Shown here piece by piece: positions 19,620-28,482 of a DNA stretch of 64,000 nt. Each line of letters begins with the position of its first letter. Position 1 is the first letter of the stretch. The position numbers and the translations under genes are program-made. The notes below the pieces were generated by a model. The model was not told the DNA's origin, ran no database searches, and worked only from the letters and a program-made list of their open reading frames with translations. This DNA is from Candidatus Multivorans sp. (GTDB lineage Bacteria > Acidobacteriota > Thermoanaerobaculia > Multivoradales > Multivoraceae), in contig OZ245033.1 in NCBI GenBank assembly GCA_965224025.1, forward strand, positions 2,240,001 to 2,304,000. The letters run 5' to 3'.

Positions 19620-21064
19620 GGAATCGCCTCCGGGCTGCACTCGAAACCGATCGTGAGCTCGACGGCCCTTGCCGCCCGCAGAGCCATGGCGTCGGCGAGG
19701 GGCGGGGCGAGGATCTGAAGACCCAGGGGAAGGCCTCGCCTGTCCAGACCGCACGGTACCGAGACTCCGGGAATCCCGACCAGGCTGGGCGGCGTGGTGA
19801 AGACGTCGGACAGGTACATGGCCAGCGGATCGTCGACCCGCTCGCCGCGGGCGAAGGCGCCCGAGGGACAGGTTGGAGTCACCAGCAGGTCGACGGCTTC
19901 GAAGGCCTCCGCGAACTGCTGCCGCATCGCCCCGGCGATGCGCGCGGCGCGGCCGTAGTAGGCGTCGTAGTAGCCGGAGGAGAGCGCGAACGTACCCAGG
20001 ATGATGCGGCGCTTGACCTCGCTGCCGAAGCCCTCGCTCCGGCTGTCGGTGTACATCCTCTGGAGGGAACGGGCGCTGGCGGCCCGGTGTCCATAGCGGC
20101 TGCCGTCGAAGCGGGCCAGGTTCGCGCTGGCCTCGCTGTTGGCGAGTACGTAGTAGGTCGCCACCGCCGCGTCGATCAAGGGAATGCTCACCTCGGCCAG
20201 CCGGGCGCCGGCTGTCTCGAGTGCGTCGAGCGCCTGCTGATAGCCCTCCGCCGCGTCCTCGTCCAGTGCCGAGGTCCGGACTTCGCGGATCGTGCCGACC
20301 GTCAGGCCTTCGACGCCGTCTTCGATCGATTCGAGATAGTCCTCGACCGGCAGTTCGCTGCATGTGGAATCGCGGGGATCGCGGCCGGCAATGGCACCGA
20401 GAGCCAGCGCGGCGTCCCGCACGTTTCGGGTGAGCGGTCCGATCTGGTCGAGAGACGAGGCGAAGGCCACGAGGCCGTAGCGGGAAACGCGGCCGTAGGT
20501 TGGCTTGACGCCCACGACGCCGCAAAAGGCTGCCGGTTGCCGGATCGAACCCCCGGTATCGGAGCCCAGGGCGAGCGGCACTTCGGTCGCCGCGACCGCG
20601 GCTGCCGAACCGCCGCTCGAACCGCCGGGCGCCATGGCCAGGTTCCAGGGATTGCAGGTGACGGCCAGCCCCGAGTTCTCGCACGAAGAACCCATCGCGA
20701 ACTCGTCCATGTTCACCCGGCCGACCGGCACGGCGTCGGCCGCCAGCAGGCGCTCGACGGCTCCCGCCGTGTAGGGCGCGCGGTAGCTGGACAGAATCCG
20801 GGAGCCGCAGTTCAACTCGTGTCCGGCCAGCGACAGGTTGTCCTTGAGCGCCGTGGGCACGCCGGCCAGCGGGCCGAGGTTCTCGCCGGCGTCCCGGCGC
20901 CGGTCGATGGCGGCTGCCCGTTCGTCCGCCCCCTCCCGCCAGAGTTCGAGGAAGGCGCCCACCGACGCGTCGACCTCCTCGATGCGGGCGAACGCCTGCT
21001 CGACCGTCTCGGCGGCGGTGCGCTCGCCCGACCGGACGGCGGCTGCCAGCGCTTCGGCGGTCAT
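19616..21064 (-). CDS. gatA: Asp/Glu-tRNA amidotransferase subunit A
   Basis: KDN, NMDEFAMGSS, PGGSSGGS, GSDTGGSIRQPA, EVKRRIILGT. Confidence 0.97.
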   Translation of the reverse strand: MTAEALAAAVRSGERTAAETVEQAFARIEEVDASVGAFLELWREGADERAAAIDRRRDAGENLGPLAGVPTALKDNLSLAGHELNCGSRILSSYRAPYTAGAVERLLAADAVPVGRVNMDEFAMGSSCENSGLAVTCNPWNLAMAPGGSSGGSAAAVAATEVPLALGSDTGGSIRQPAAFCGVVGVKPTYGRVSRYGLVAFASSLDQIGPLTRNVRDAALALGAIAGRDPRDSTCSELPVEDYLESIEDGVEGLTVGTIREVRTSALDEDAAEGYQQALDALETAGARLAEVSIPLIDAAVATYYVLANSEASANLARFDGSRYGHRAASARSLQRMYTDSRSEGFGSEVKRRIILGTFALSSGYYDAYYGRAARIAGAMRQQFAEAFEAVDLLVTPTCPSGAFARGERVDDPLAMYLSDVFTTPPSLVGIPGVSVPCGLDRRGLPLGLQILAPPLADAMALRAARAVELTIGFECSPEAIP

Positions 21065-21072
21065 GGCCGGCC

Positions 21073-21381
21073 TCACTCGGCACCGCCGGGCGTCGCCTTG
21101 ACCTGTGGCACGAGCAGGAAGCGGTCGAGGGATGCCGGTGCGTTGTCCAGGAAATCGTCGAGGAGCGGACGGCTTGCCGCCGGCACGTCGTTGGCGGCGA
21201 CTTTGTCCCGTTCCGGCTCCGTGTCGCCGGGCCGCGGGGCGCCCGCGCCGAACGCGCGAAGCTGGTCGATGAAGCCTATGATCTCCGAGAGTTGGGACGC
21301 GAACGTCTCTTCTTCACCGGCCGAGAGCCGCAGCCTCGCCAGTTCGGCTATCCGCCGAACCTCCTCCACATCCAGAGACAC
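21073..21381 (-). CDS. gatC: Asp/Glu-tRNA amidotransferase subunit C
   Basis: EVRRIAELARL..QLSEII..NAP..FLLVPQV; upstream of gatA. Confidence 0.93.
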   Translation of the reverse strand: MSLDVEEVRRIAELARLRLSAGEEETFASQLSEIIGFIDQLRAFGAGAPRPGDTEPERDKVAANDVPAASRPLLDDFLDNAPASLDRFLLVPQVKATPGGAE

Positions 21382-21477
21382 TTCGCCATAAGTCTAGCAT
21401 TCCTCGCGTTTACGTGGCCGCCACAGCCTTGTGCCCAGGTGCTGTGCGACGAGCAGTGGTCGGAGAGGGGGAGAAAT

Positions 21478-21891
21478 TCAAGGCCGACATCGGCCTGTTG
21501 CCGAGGTCGACTCGTTCCTCGTAAGAGGCGGTCTGGGGAGGATCCTGGCGACACCGGAATCGATTCGGACGACCCTCTGGAAAGACGCCGCCATCTCCAC
21601 GAAGCAGAAGCCGTTGCCGCCGCCCCTGATCGTGATGACCAGTTCTTCGTTCGGCGGGTCGTCCTCCAGGATCAGTTGCACCACTTCCCGATCTGTCGAG
21701 TCGTACAGTTCGGCCTCGACCAGGGCGGACCGCATGTGCCTCAGATGCGCCCGCAACTGGTGAGTTCCCGCCTCCAGCCCCCGAACCTGAAATCGGCCGT
21801 TCTGGTCGGTGCCGACCGTCCTCCGACTCGGGAAGACGGTCACGCTGGCCAGGGGCGCGGGCTGCCCATCAGGGCCGATCACCGACCCCTC
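21478..21891 (-). pseudogene. 3' fragment of a carboxypeptidase-regulatory-like repeat protein, split off by the 21892-28482 insertion
   Basis: GSVIGPDGQPAPLASVTV..GTDQNGRFQVRGLEAG; continues in frame from ..FRYDGISVE at 28484. Confidence 0.75.
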
Positions 21892-21925
21892 CAACGAGAG
21901 TAGAGAAATTGGAGAAACCCGCAGA

Positions 21926-21950
21926 GATCTCGTGCGAGAAACGCTGCGCA
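21926..21950 (+). repeat. Left subterminal inverted repeat GATCTCGTGCGAGAAACGCTGCGCA
   Basis: Reverse complement of 28439-28463 at 23/25; further GAGAAA motifs at 21903 and 21912. Confidence 0.85.
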
Positions 21951-22028
21951 AATCGGCGACCGAAGGGACGGCGTCAACAGGGTGTTGGCGGTAGCAACGG
22001 GAATTTCGCGGAATCTGGCGGGACGTTT

Positions 22029-22487
22029 CTAGGCCGTGAGGTGCTGAATGATGACGTCGACGATGTCGTCCACGTAGTCGCGCCGCAGGCCGAGGAAGGG
22101 GCGAGCGGGGATCGTGGCCTCGATGCCGCGGCCGAACAGGTTGTCGTGCTCGTGGCCGAACTGATGGGTGGCGGCATAGATGAGGTTGGTGCCGGCGACG
22201 GCCGTAGTAGGGGTCGACAGCTCGGTGAGGCTGCGCAGGTAACCGTCGCGCACAAGTGCCAAGGGGGAGTAGCCCTTGCGGGCCTTACGGGCTGCCGTGG
22301 CCGGCGCGAGCGGCGCCCAAGGCGTGCCGTCGGGGGCGGCCTGGCGCTCGAAACTCTCTTCGGCGCTCTCGCGCAGCAGGGAGGCAACGACTGCCATCGC
22401 GGGCGACAAATCCGAGGCGCGCTGCTGGAGGCGAGCGAGCGCCGAGGAGACCGCGTCGTCGTCGACCGTGATGTCGATCTGGGCCAT
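22029..22487 (-). CDS. Phage virion morphogenesis protein (Mu gpG-like)
   Basis: F..Q.APDG.PWAPL, AGTNLIYAATHQFG and IPARPFLG motifs. Confidence 0.9.
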   Translation of the reverse strand: MAQIDITVDDDAVSSALARLQQRASDLSPAMAVVASLLRESAEESFERQAAPDGTPWAPLAPATAARKARKGYSPLALVRDGYLRSLTELSTPTTAVAGTNLIYAATHQFGHEHDNLFGRGIEATIPARPFLGLRRDYVDDIVDVIIQHLTA

Positions 22488-22496
22488 TTCCCGGGT

Positions 22497-22874
22497 TCAG
22501 ACAACTTCGCCGCGGGGCATCGAGATCTCGATCGGCTGAGTCGGTCGGATGCCCTGAAGAGACGGAGGAAGCGCTTCCTGGGGCGGCATCGCATCGTAGG
22601 GCCACAGCAGCCGCAGCAGGTCGGGCGCGCTGTGGCTTACGTCCGACAGGACGTACTTCCATCCGGAGTGAACCCAACTGACTTCTCCGGGCGGTTCGCT
22701 AAAGACCCGGATCGCCACCGACAGACCATCTGTGTATGCCGGCGGATTGCCTTGCTGGTACAGGTCGGCCACGGTGTCGCCGAACGGGTTGCTGAGGGTG
22801 CCGGCCACATCGTCCCAGATGACGGTATAGCTGCTGAGGAGGCGGCGCCCCTTGTAGCGGATGCGGTGCTTCAT
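22497..22874 (-). CDS. Small hypothetical protein, putative immunity protein of the MuF toxin
   Basis: 125 aa; TGATG coupling to the MuF stop; position matches MuF immunity genes (function inferred). Confidence 0.55.
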   Translation of the reverse strand: MKHRIRYKGRRLLSSYTVIWDDVAGTLSNPFGDTVADLYQQGNPPAYTDGLSVAIRVFSEPPGEVSWVHSGWKYVLSDVSHSAPDLLRLLWPYDAMPPQEALPPSLQGIRPTQPIEISMPRGEVV

Positions 22875-24457
22875 CAGGGGTAATCTACCAGCAGTCCGAC
22901 GAAGAACTCGAAGAAGTCGTAGTCCAGCTCGATCATTAGGTCGAGATAGTCCGTGACGTGCCAGAAACCGCCGCCGACGTCTATCCAGATGCGATCCGGG
23001 TCCGCGAGCGTTTCCAGTGCGGTGGTTGCCACCTCCAGCGGCCTCGAGCGGGCACGGGGATCGATCTGGCCGATCACGGCACCAAAGCGCGATGGGTCCA
23101 CGGGCGATGTGGACCCATCGTACGGCCTGTTGGCGTAGTCGTTGTAGCGCAGATCTCGTCCGCGGCGACGATAGAAGGCGTAGAACAGCCCGTCGAGGTC
23201 CGGGTGCATCTCCTGGATGTGGTGCACGAGTTCATGGAGCAGAGTCCTGTCGGTGGCGCCGCCGACCAACTCGATCGTTTTCGTGGCGCCATTGTAGGAG
23301 CCGAGGGCTTCGCGGTCTGCAGGCATAGCCCTTAGCCGCACGCCCGGCCCTAGATTGGCGCGGCGGATCCAGTTGGCCGGCAGGAGCCGCGAGAGCGCGC
23401 GAATTCGGTCAGCGTGCTCTGATTGGCCTAGCCCCGATTGGAGCGTCCGGATCTCAACGCCGGCCCCCTGCTCCTCGATCAACCGCCGCAGAGCCTGTCT
23501 CCGTGCAGTGCCGCGCTCCAGGAGGAGGTCGCGCTCGAGGGCGTTCCGGCGCCTGTTCTGTTCTCGCGGGTCCGGATGCGCAATCTCGCTGCGGCGGTGC
23601 TGGATCTCGGCGTCGCTCGGGCCGACGGCTCTAATGGTGGCGGCCGGTCTCCGCCCGGCAGCGATCGTTTCGTCGATCGGCAAATCAAATGCTCGCAGCA
23701 TCGAATGGACCGTTTTCTCGCTGGCGGCAATGGTTGGCCTCGGCCGGCGGCCGAATCCGGGGTCGGGAATAAGGGTCTCGCCGTTCGGGGCCTGGTAGCC
23801 CCTCGTCCATGTCTGGCGCGCGCCGAAGTCCTGGTCGACGCGGACGAGGCGGCCCTCGCTGCTCTGCACCTGGAGGCCGCGCCGCCGCACCTGGCGTTCC
23901 GTCAGGGCGCGGACCTTGCACCTGCAGTTGAAGCCGTTGGGCGGGTAATGCGTTTGCCAGATCGGGTCGTCGTGCCGGAAGACGAGGCCATCGAGGGCAG
24001 CGTGAGACGGCCGCGTCCGCGAGTCGTCGATCGCGTCGTACTGCCAGTACGGCAGGGACTCGGCGGACCGTTTCTGCTGCTGGTGCCGGGCCGCGGCGTG
24101 GGCGGTCCGCAGGTTCGTGGCGTAGATCGTCCGCAGTCGGCGTGGACTGCCGAGCTCGATCGTCTTTCCGTCCTTCGTGACACGGCCCCACCAACCCTTC
24201 CTGCGCAGCACGGGTTCGAGGCCCCGACTGAATTGACGGAGGGTCTGCCCCTCGGCAAGCGCCCGGTCGACCGCGCCGCGGATGTCTCCGAGGACGTCGA
24301 ACCCGGCCGATTTCGCCACCGTGAAGGCGAGCGCGTGCGCCTCCTCCCACATGTCGCGCCACGACCAGGTGAGCGCGTACCCCTTGTCGCGGAAATAGGC
24401 GATCGCCGCCTCCGGTGCGAGCCCGACGGCGTGGCCGAGGTTGACCTCCTCGGGCAC
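22874..24457 (-). CDS. MuF (Mu gp30-like) minor head protein with C-terminal HExxH metallopeptidase-like extension
   Basis: AFTVAK, RLRTIY.TN, PYWQY..D.RTRPSH..LDG..D.PIW..YPPNGFNCRC; then LLHELVHHIQE and a downstream PLE. Confidence 0.88.
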   Translation of the reverse strand: MPEEVNLGHAVGLAPEAAIAYFRDKGYALTWSWRDMWEEAHALAFTVAKSAGFDVLGDIRGAVDRALAEGQTLRQFSRGLEPVLRRKGWWGRVTKDGKTIELGSPRRLRTIYATNLRTAHAAARHQQQKRSAESLPYWQYDAIDDSRTRPSHAALDGLVFRHDDPIWQTHYPPNGFNCRCKVRALTERQVRRRGLQVQSSEGRLVRVDQDFGARQTWTRGYQAPNGETLIPDPGFGRRPRPTIAASEKTVHSMLRAFDLPIDETIAAGRRPAATIRAVGPSDAEIQHRRSEIAHPDPREQNRRRNALERDLLLERGTARRQALRRLIEEQGAGVEIRTLQSGLGQSEHADRIRALSRLLPANWIRRANLGPGVRLRAMPADREALGSYNGATKTIELVGGATDRTLLHELVHHIQEMHPDLDGLFYAFYRRRGRDLRYNDYANRPYDGSTSPVDPSRFGAVIGQIDPRARSRPLEVATTALETLADPDRIWIDVGGGFWHVTDYLDLMIELDYDFFEFFVGLLVDYP

Positions 24458-24458
24458 G

Positions 24459-25478
24459 TCAGGCGGCGATCGGCAGCCCGCGGTCCAGGGCCGCCCGGAC
24501 CGCCCGGCCGCCGGGGCCGGCACGGTACACGGCGGACAAGTCCAGCAGATCGACAGCGGACTGGTGGATCGCCTCGCCGAGCACGGCCTCGTCGCCCGGC
24601 GTGCGCTGGTGGCGGCCGAGCAGGCGGTACGGTGCCGACATTGAGTCGCCGGCCCGGCAGTCCCAGACAGGCCGGAGAGGGCGGGTGAGCGCGGCCAAAT
24701 CGAGCCCGGCCGCTCGAGCGCGGCGCCACATCCAGGTCAGCGCCCGATCGGAGAGTCCCGTGTCGGCGCGGCCGCCACCGACGTCGCCGTGCACGCCCGG
24801 GAACCAGACCTGCTCCACGACCTGGTCGGCCTGCTCGCCAGCCCACAGACTGGGGGCGAACGGCCGGCGCTGCTCGTCAATCGCGACCGCGTGACAGGCG
24901 TGACGGATGTGGGCGCCGAGGCCGACGTCATGCCAGCGCCAACGCCGGGCGCCGACCCACCGCAGGCCGTCAATCGGCACGCCCAGGGAGCCCACCGTGT
25001 CCCAGACGCCCAGGAAGCGCACGCGGGCCCGCACGGGGCTCACCCTGGCCTCCCACTCTGCGACCTCCTCCGCGCGGCGCCGGCGATAGACGCCCATTGC
25101 TGCCCGGGCAAGCGCGTAGGCCGAGTCCCGCTGCGGCGGAATGCCCAGAAGACCGACCATGCCGGCGAGGCTGCGAGCAGTGTAGGCTCCGCGGCTGTAG
25201 CCGAACAGATAGAGATCGAGTCCAGCGCAGTAGTGCTTGATCAGCCAGTGGTACGCCTCCTCGACGTTGCGGGCCAGCCCGAGGCCGACGACGCCGCCGC
25301 GGAGACGATCGAACCGGCCGGTGCCCACGCCCTCGTCGTAGTAGACGTGCGCCGGCACGAACCGCTCGGCCGCGGCCGCAGCCGAACGGGTCATGGCCAC
25401 GTTGGTGGGGTGTGGCGCGTCGGCCCTGTTCCAGGTGCCGTCGAAGCACATCACGAGATTCACCGACGGGACGCTCAT
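24459..25478 (-). CDS. DUF2235 / Tle1-like alpha/beta-hydrolase (phospholipase)
   Basis: CFDGTWN, TNV, YYDEGVGT, FGYSRGAYTAR (GxSxG), GVWDTVGS, AIDEQR, WFPGVHGDVGGG. Confidence 0.9.
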   Translation of the reverse strand: MSVPSVNLVMCFDGTWNRADAPHPTNVAMTRSAAAAAERFVPAHVYYDEGVGTGRFDRLRGGVVGLGLARNVEEAYHWLIKHYCAGLDLYLFGYSRGAYTARSLAGMVGLLGIPPQRDSAYALARAAMGVYRRRRAEEVAEWEARVSPVRARVRFLGVWDTVGSLGVPIDGLRWVGARRWRWHDVGLGAHIRHACHAVAIDEQRRPFAPSLWAGEQADQVVEQVWFPGVHGDVGGGRADTGLSDRALTWMWRRARAAGLDLAALTRPLRPVWDCRAGDSMSAPYRLLGRHQRTPGDEAVLGEAIHQSAVDLLDLSAVYRAGPGGRAVRAALDRGLPIAA

Positions 25479-26575
25479 GGTCGGCTCGCTTGGTGGTGGA
25501 CGCCGCCAGCGTCGATCCGCAAGTCGGCGGTCGTTTCATCGAGCCACGGGATCCAAGATCTGCGGCCGCTGTCTCCGTCTACGGCCTCGCACCCGCGGGC
25601 GTCCCACTGGATCCGCGGCGCCCTCGACACTGACCGAAGAGGCGACACGGCCTGGATTGAGATTCCCCGCGAATCGAGCCGTGCCGCGGTCACCGCGCCC
25701 TTCTGCCAGCTCGTGGCCCTGTCGAGCGCCGCGAGGACGAGCCTTCCGCGCCGCTGGATGCGGACTCGCAGGTCGCCCCAGGTGCAGATATGCGACGACA
25801 CGAGCCGCGTCGCGCACCGGCGGACGGCATGCGCCTCGCCGCGGACGACTCGACACAGCCTCTCCTGGACCGGCGAGCTCAAGGGCTGTCCGCTCAGCGC
25901 CAGGACCGTCGCCAGTTGCCGGCCGGAGATCGGCCGATCGTGGGCGGCGGGATCCGTCGGCATCGGGTGCCGGCGCTCCTGCCGCCGGGCCTTGGCGGCC
26001 GCGTGGCGGCGGGCGCCCGGCCATCCGATCAGCAGGCCGAGGAGATCGGTCGCGCCGCTGCTGAGAGCGACCCACCGACTGGCCCTCATCCCAACCGGAC
26101 AGAGGTGCAGGTTGCGGACGCGGGCACGGACCGGCTCGCCGCCGTACTCTCCCGTCCGGACGCCCGGTCTGGACGGCACCGCCAGCATCGCCAGCAAGTC
26201 GCACCAATCGCGGACGGCACGGGACAGAGCCACCCGATCGGCGCCCCGCTCGGCGAGCGCCGCGCCGACAACCAGCGCCGCCAGCACCCGGGCGGTGTAG
26301 GTGGGGCTGTTCCACTCACGGAGCTGCCAGCCCTCGCGCTCGTAGCGGCGGACCCACTCCACCAAGGCCTCCCAGTCACCGAGGCCGGCCAGCAGCACAG
26401 GGCGGAAGTTCATGCTGGTGTCGCGGTCCGTCGTCCGGAGGAGCAGGCCGTCGCGCCGGCGCTGGCCGCGGCGGCGGTCCGAGGCGAACGCCTCGGCCAG
26501 GTCTGGGCGGCCGTTCGCGCGCCAGTAGAGCGCGATATCGCCCAGGTCACGAGGGCCGACCTTAGTCGCCGGCAT
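25475..26575 (-). CDS. Hypothetical protein (366 aa)
   Basis: Co-oriented and ATGA-coupled to the DUF2235 gene; contains EWNSPTY. Confidence 0.6.
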   Translation of the reverse strand: MPATKVGPRDLGDIALYWRANGRPDLAEAFASDRRRGQRRRDGLLLRTTDRDTSMNFRPVLLAGLGDWEALVEWVRRYEREGWQLREWNSPTYTARVLAALVVGAALAERGADRVALSRAVRDWCDLLAMLAVPSRPGVRTGEYGGEPVRARVRNLHLCPVGMRASRWVALSSGATDLLGLLIGWPGARRHAAAKARRQERRHPMPTDPAAHDRPISGRQLATVLALSGQPLSSPVQERLCRVVRGEAHAVRRCATRLVSSHICTWGDLRVRIQRRGRLVLAALDRATSWQKGAVTAARLDSRGISIQAVSPLRSVSRAPRIQWDARGCEAVDGDSGRRSWIPWLDETTADLRIDAGGVHHQASRP

Positions 26576-26638
26576 CGGAATCCTCCGGCAGGCCGTGGAT
26601 CGCCACGGCCGCGTTCGCCATCATCTGCGCCTGTTGCA

Positions 26639-28189
26639 TCAGCGTGATGCCTCCTCGGCCTCCAGCCGGCCCCACACCTGGGCCACGAACAGCACTCGCG
26701 CCAGGCGCTCGGCCAGCTCGCCGACGTCCATCTCCGGCCACACCGAGGCGAGGTCCGAGAGCAGCGCCTCGGGGTCCTCCTGCGCCCGGCGCAGGACAGG
26801 CTCGATCATCGGGGCCGCCATCTCGTCCCAGGCGTCGGCGTCGATCGCCGCCATCACCTGCTCGATCCGGTCGAGCTGCCGCTCCGCCAGGTCCACTTGC
26901 GTGATGTGGCGCGACGGCCGTTGTCGCGCGCTGCCGCGCCGCGACGCAAAGGGACGGTCGGCCCACGCCATCTCGGCGTCGGCGGCGCCGGCCCCGGGAG
27001 ACGTCGGCGGCGCCGGCCGCTCCTCGCCGAGCTCCACGCCGTACGTCTCCTCGACGTAGGCGTCCGACAGGCGCCGCCCGCTGATATCGACGATCAGCTT
27101 GTCCCTTTCCGCCTGCACGAGGAGGTCCGGGTCCTCCTCCTGCACGCGGCGCAGGATCGGCACGGCCGCCCCGGGCCAGTTCCAGTCGACGATCCACCGC
27201 GCGACCTGACTCCGGAACGAGTCGTGGATCAGCCAGGCGTCCGCGGACACGATCTCCTGGCGGACGTCCATGTGGATCTCCGCTTGGGAGCGCGACGAAC
27301 CGTCCTCGGACGTCATTGTCTCCGAGAGCACCACCTGGGTGATCGCGTCGTTCATCCTGCCGTAGAAGGACTCGTAGTCCATCGTGCCGCCGGAGCGCTC
27401 CAGGAGCTCGATCGTCGTCGAGTCCGGGACCACGACGCCGGAGTCCGTGTGCAGCGCCTTCACGGCCTCGAGCAGCTTCGCCTTGTCCGCTTCGCTCGCG
27501 GTGGGCAGGTACCTTCCGACGCCCGTTGGCTGGCCAAACTTCTCCAGCGCCACCAGCCAGAACTCGGTCTGGTGGCGCTTGAACCAGACCGGCCAGTACA
27601 GCGCGTGCCCGAGGCCGCGGCCGTACGGCTCGTCCACGTGATCCGCGCCCGTTGATGTGGTCCAGAACTTCCGGTCCGGCAGGGGCTTGCCCGCGGCGTC
27701 CTTCACCGTGCGCAGCAGCAGCCGCCACCGCGTCGCTCGGCCGCCGTCCTCGGCGCGCCAGGCGAAGCGCCGCCGGTCGCGGGGGAGGATCGCTTCCGGC
27801 ACGACGTGACGGCCGTCGCGCATCCACATGACTTCCGCGACGCCCCATCCATAGAGGGTGGCGTACAGCATCTGGTCCGTGATTGCGTCCCACGGCGACC
27901 CCCCGAGGACCTCCTCGAGCTGCTCGGCCGCCATCTTGTCCCGGCGCGTCTTGCCGCCCGGCAGCACTTGCGTCTCGCGGGCGACCAGCGCCGCACGGCG
28001 CTGCTGGTGCGTCGACCAGACCTTGTCGTCGCGGAGCAGATCCTCGTACAAAATATGGTCCGACCGGCCGCGCTCCCGGAGCACACGGTCCTGCGGCGCC
28101 AGCCACCACAGACCGTCCACCCAGCCGCGGGTGATGTCGCGGCCGCTGGTGACGCGGGCGATCTCGCCCTGGGGCGCCCTGGCCACCAT
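26639..28189 (-). CDS. Mu gp29-like portal protein (DUF935)
   Basis: LYEDLLRDDKV, YGWGVAEVMW, PYGRGLG..LYWPVWFK..W...EKFGQP, SRSQAEIHMDVR, ELAERLAR.LF.A...G C-terminus. Confidence 0.9.
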   Translation of the reverse strand: MVARAPQGEIARVTSGRDITRGWVDGLWWLAPQDRVLRERGRSDHILYEDLLRDDKVWSTHQQRRAALVARETQVLPGGKTRRDKMAAEQLEEVLGGSPWDAITDQMLYATLYGWGVAEVMWMRDGRHVVPEAILPRDRRRFAWRAEDGGRATRWRLLLRTVKDAAGKPLPDRKFWTTSTGADHVDEPYGRGLGHALYWPVWFKRHQTEFWLVALEKFGQPTGVGRYLPTASEADKAKLLEAVKALHTDSGVVVPDSTTIELLERSGGTMDYESFYGRMNDAITQVVLSETMTSEDGSSRSQAEIHMDVRQEIVSADAWLIHDSFRSQVARWIVDWNWPGAAVPILRRVQEEDPDLLVQAERDKLIVDISGRRLSDAYVEETYGVELGEERPAPPTSPGAGAADAEMAWADRPFASRRGSARQRPSRHITQVDLAERQLDRIEQVMAAIDADAWDEMAAPMIEPVLRRAQEDPEALLSDLASVWPEMDVGELAERLARVLFVAQVWGRLEAEEASR

Positions 28190-28400
28190 CAGGACACCCA
28201 CCCGGCCAGGCCGTCTGCGGCGCCGCGCTGACCGCCGGTGATGAACGACCGGCGCCAGTCCTCGCCCGTGCTGACGCGCCCGCCGGCCGAGTCGGCCGTC
28301 GGCGGCCCGACCGCCTGGTCGGCCGCCTGGCAGCCGAGCGCCAGTGCGACCGCGCTGTCCCCGTGGCGGTCCTTGCCGGCGCCGGGCAGGCGCCGACATC
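28189..28400 (-). pseudogene. C-terminal remnant of a Mu gp28-like terminase large subunit
   Basis: KDRHGDSAVALAL motif; stop overlaps portal ATG (TGATG); truncated at the element end. Confidence 0.65.
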
Positions 28401-28438
28401 TTTGCCCAACAGCAGCCCGTTGGCCGTGCCTACGCGGC

Positions 28439-28463
28439 TGCGCAGGGTTTCTCACACGAGATC
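28439..28463 (-). repeat. Right subterminal inverted repeat
   Basis: Reverse complement GATCTCGTGTGAGAAACCCTGCGCA matches 21926-21950 at 23/25. Confidence 0.85.
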
Positions 28464-28482
28464 GGAGGCCATTTCTCGCGCG

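Larger units (their letters stand above)
21892..28482. mobile_element. 6.6-kb non-autonomous insertion with subterminal inverted repeats, carrying a Mu-like head/toxin segment
   Basis: IRs at 21926-21950 and 28439-28463 (23/25); CCTC at both junctions (21888-21891, 28483-28486); excision restores the host reading frame; no transposase ORF inside. Confidence 0.8.

Noticed and set aside
21892-28482. Intact Mu-like prophage
   Set aside because: No transposase, repressor, capsid, tail or lysis genes; terminase truncated; ends lack TG..CA and a 5-bp duplication.
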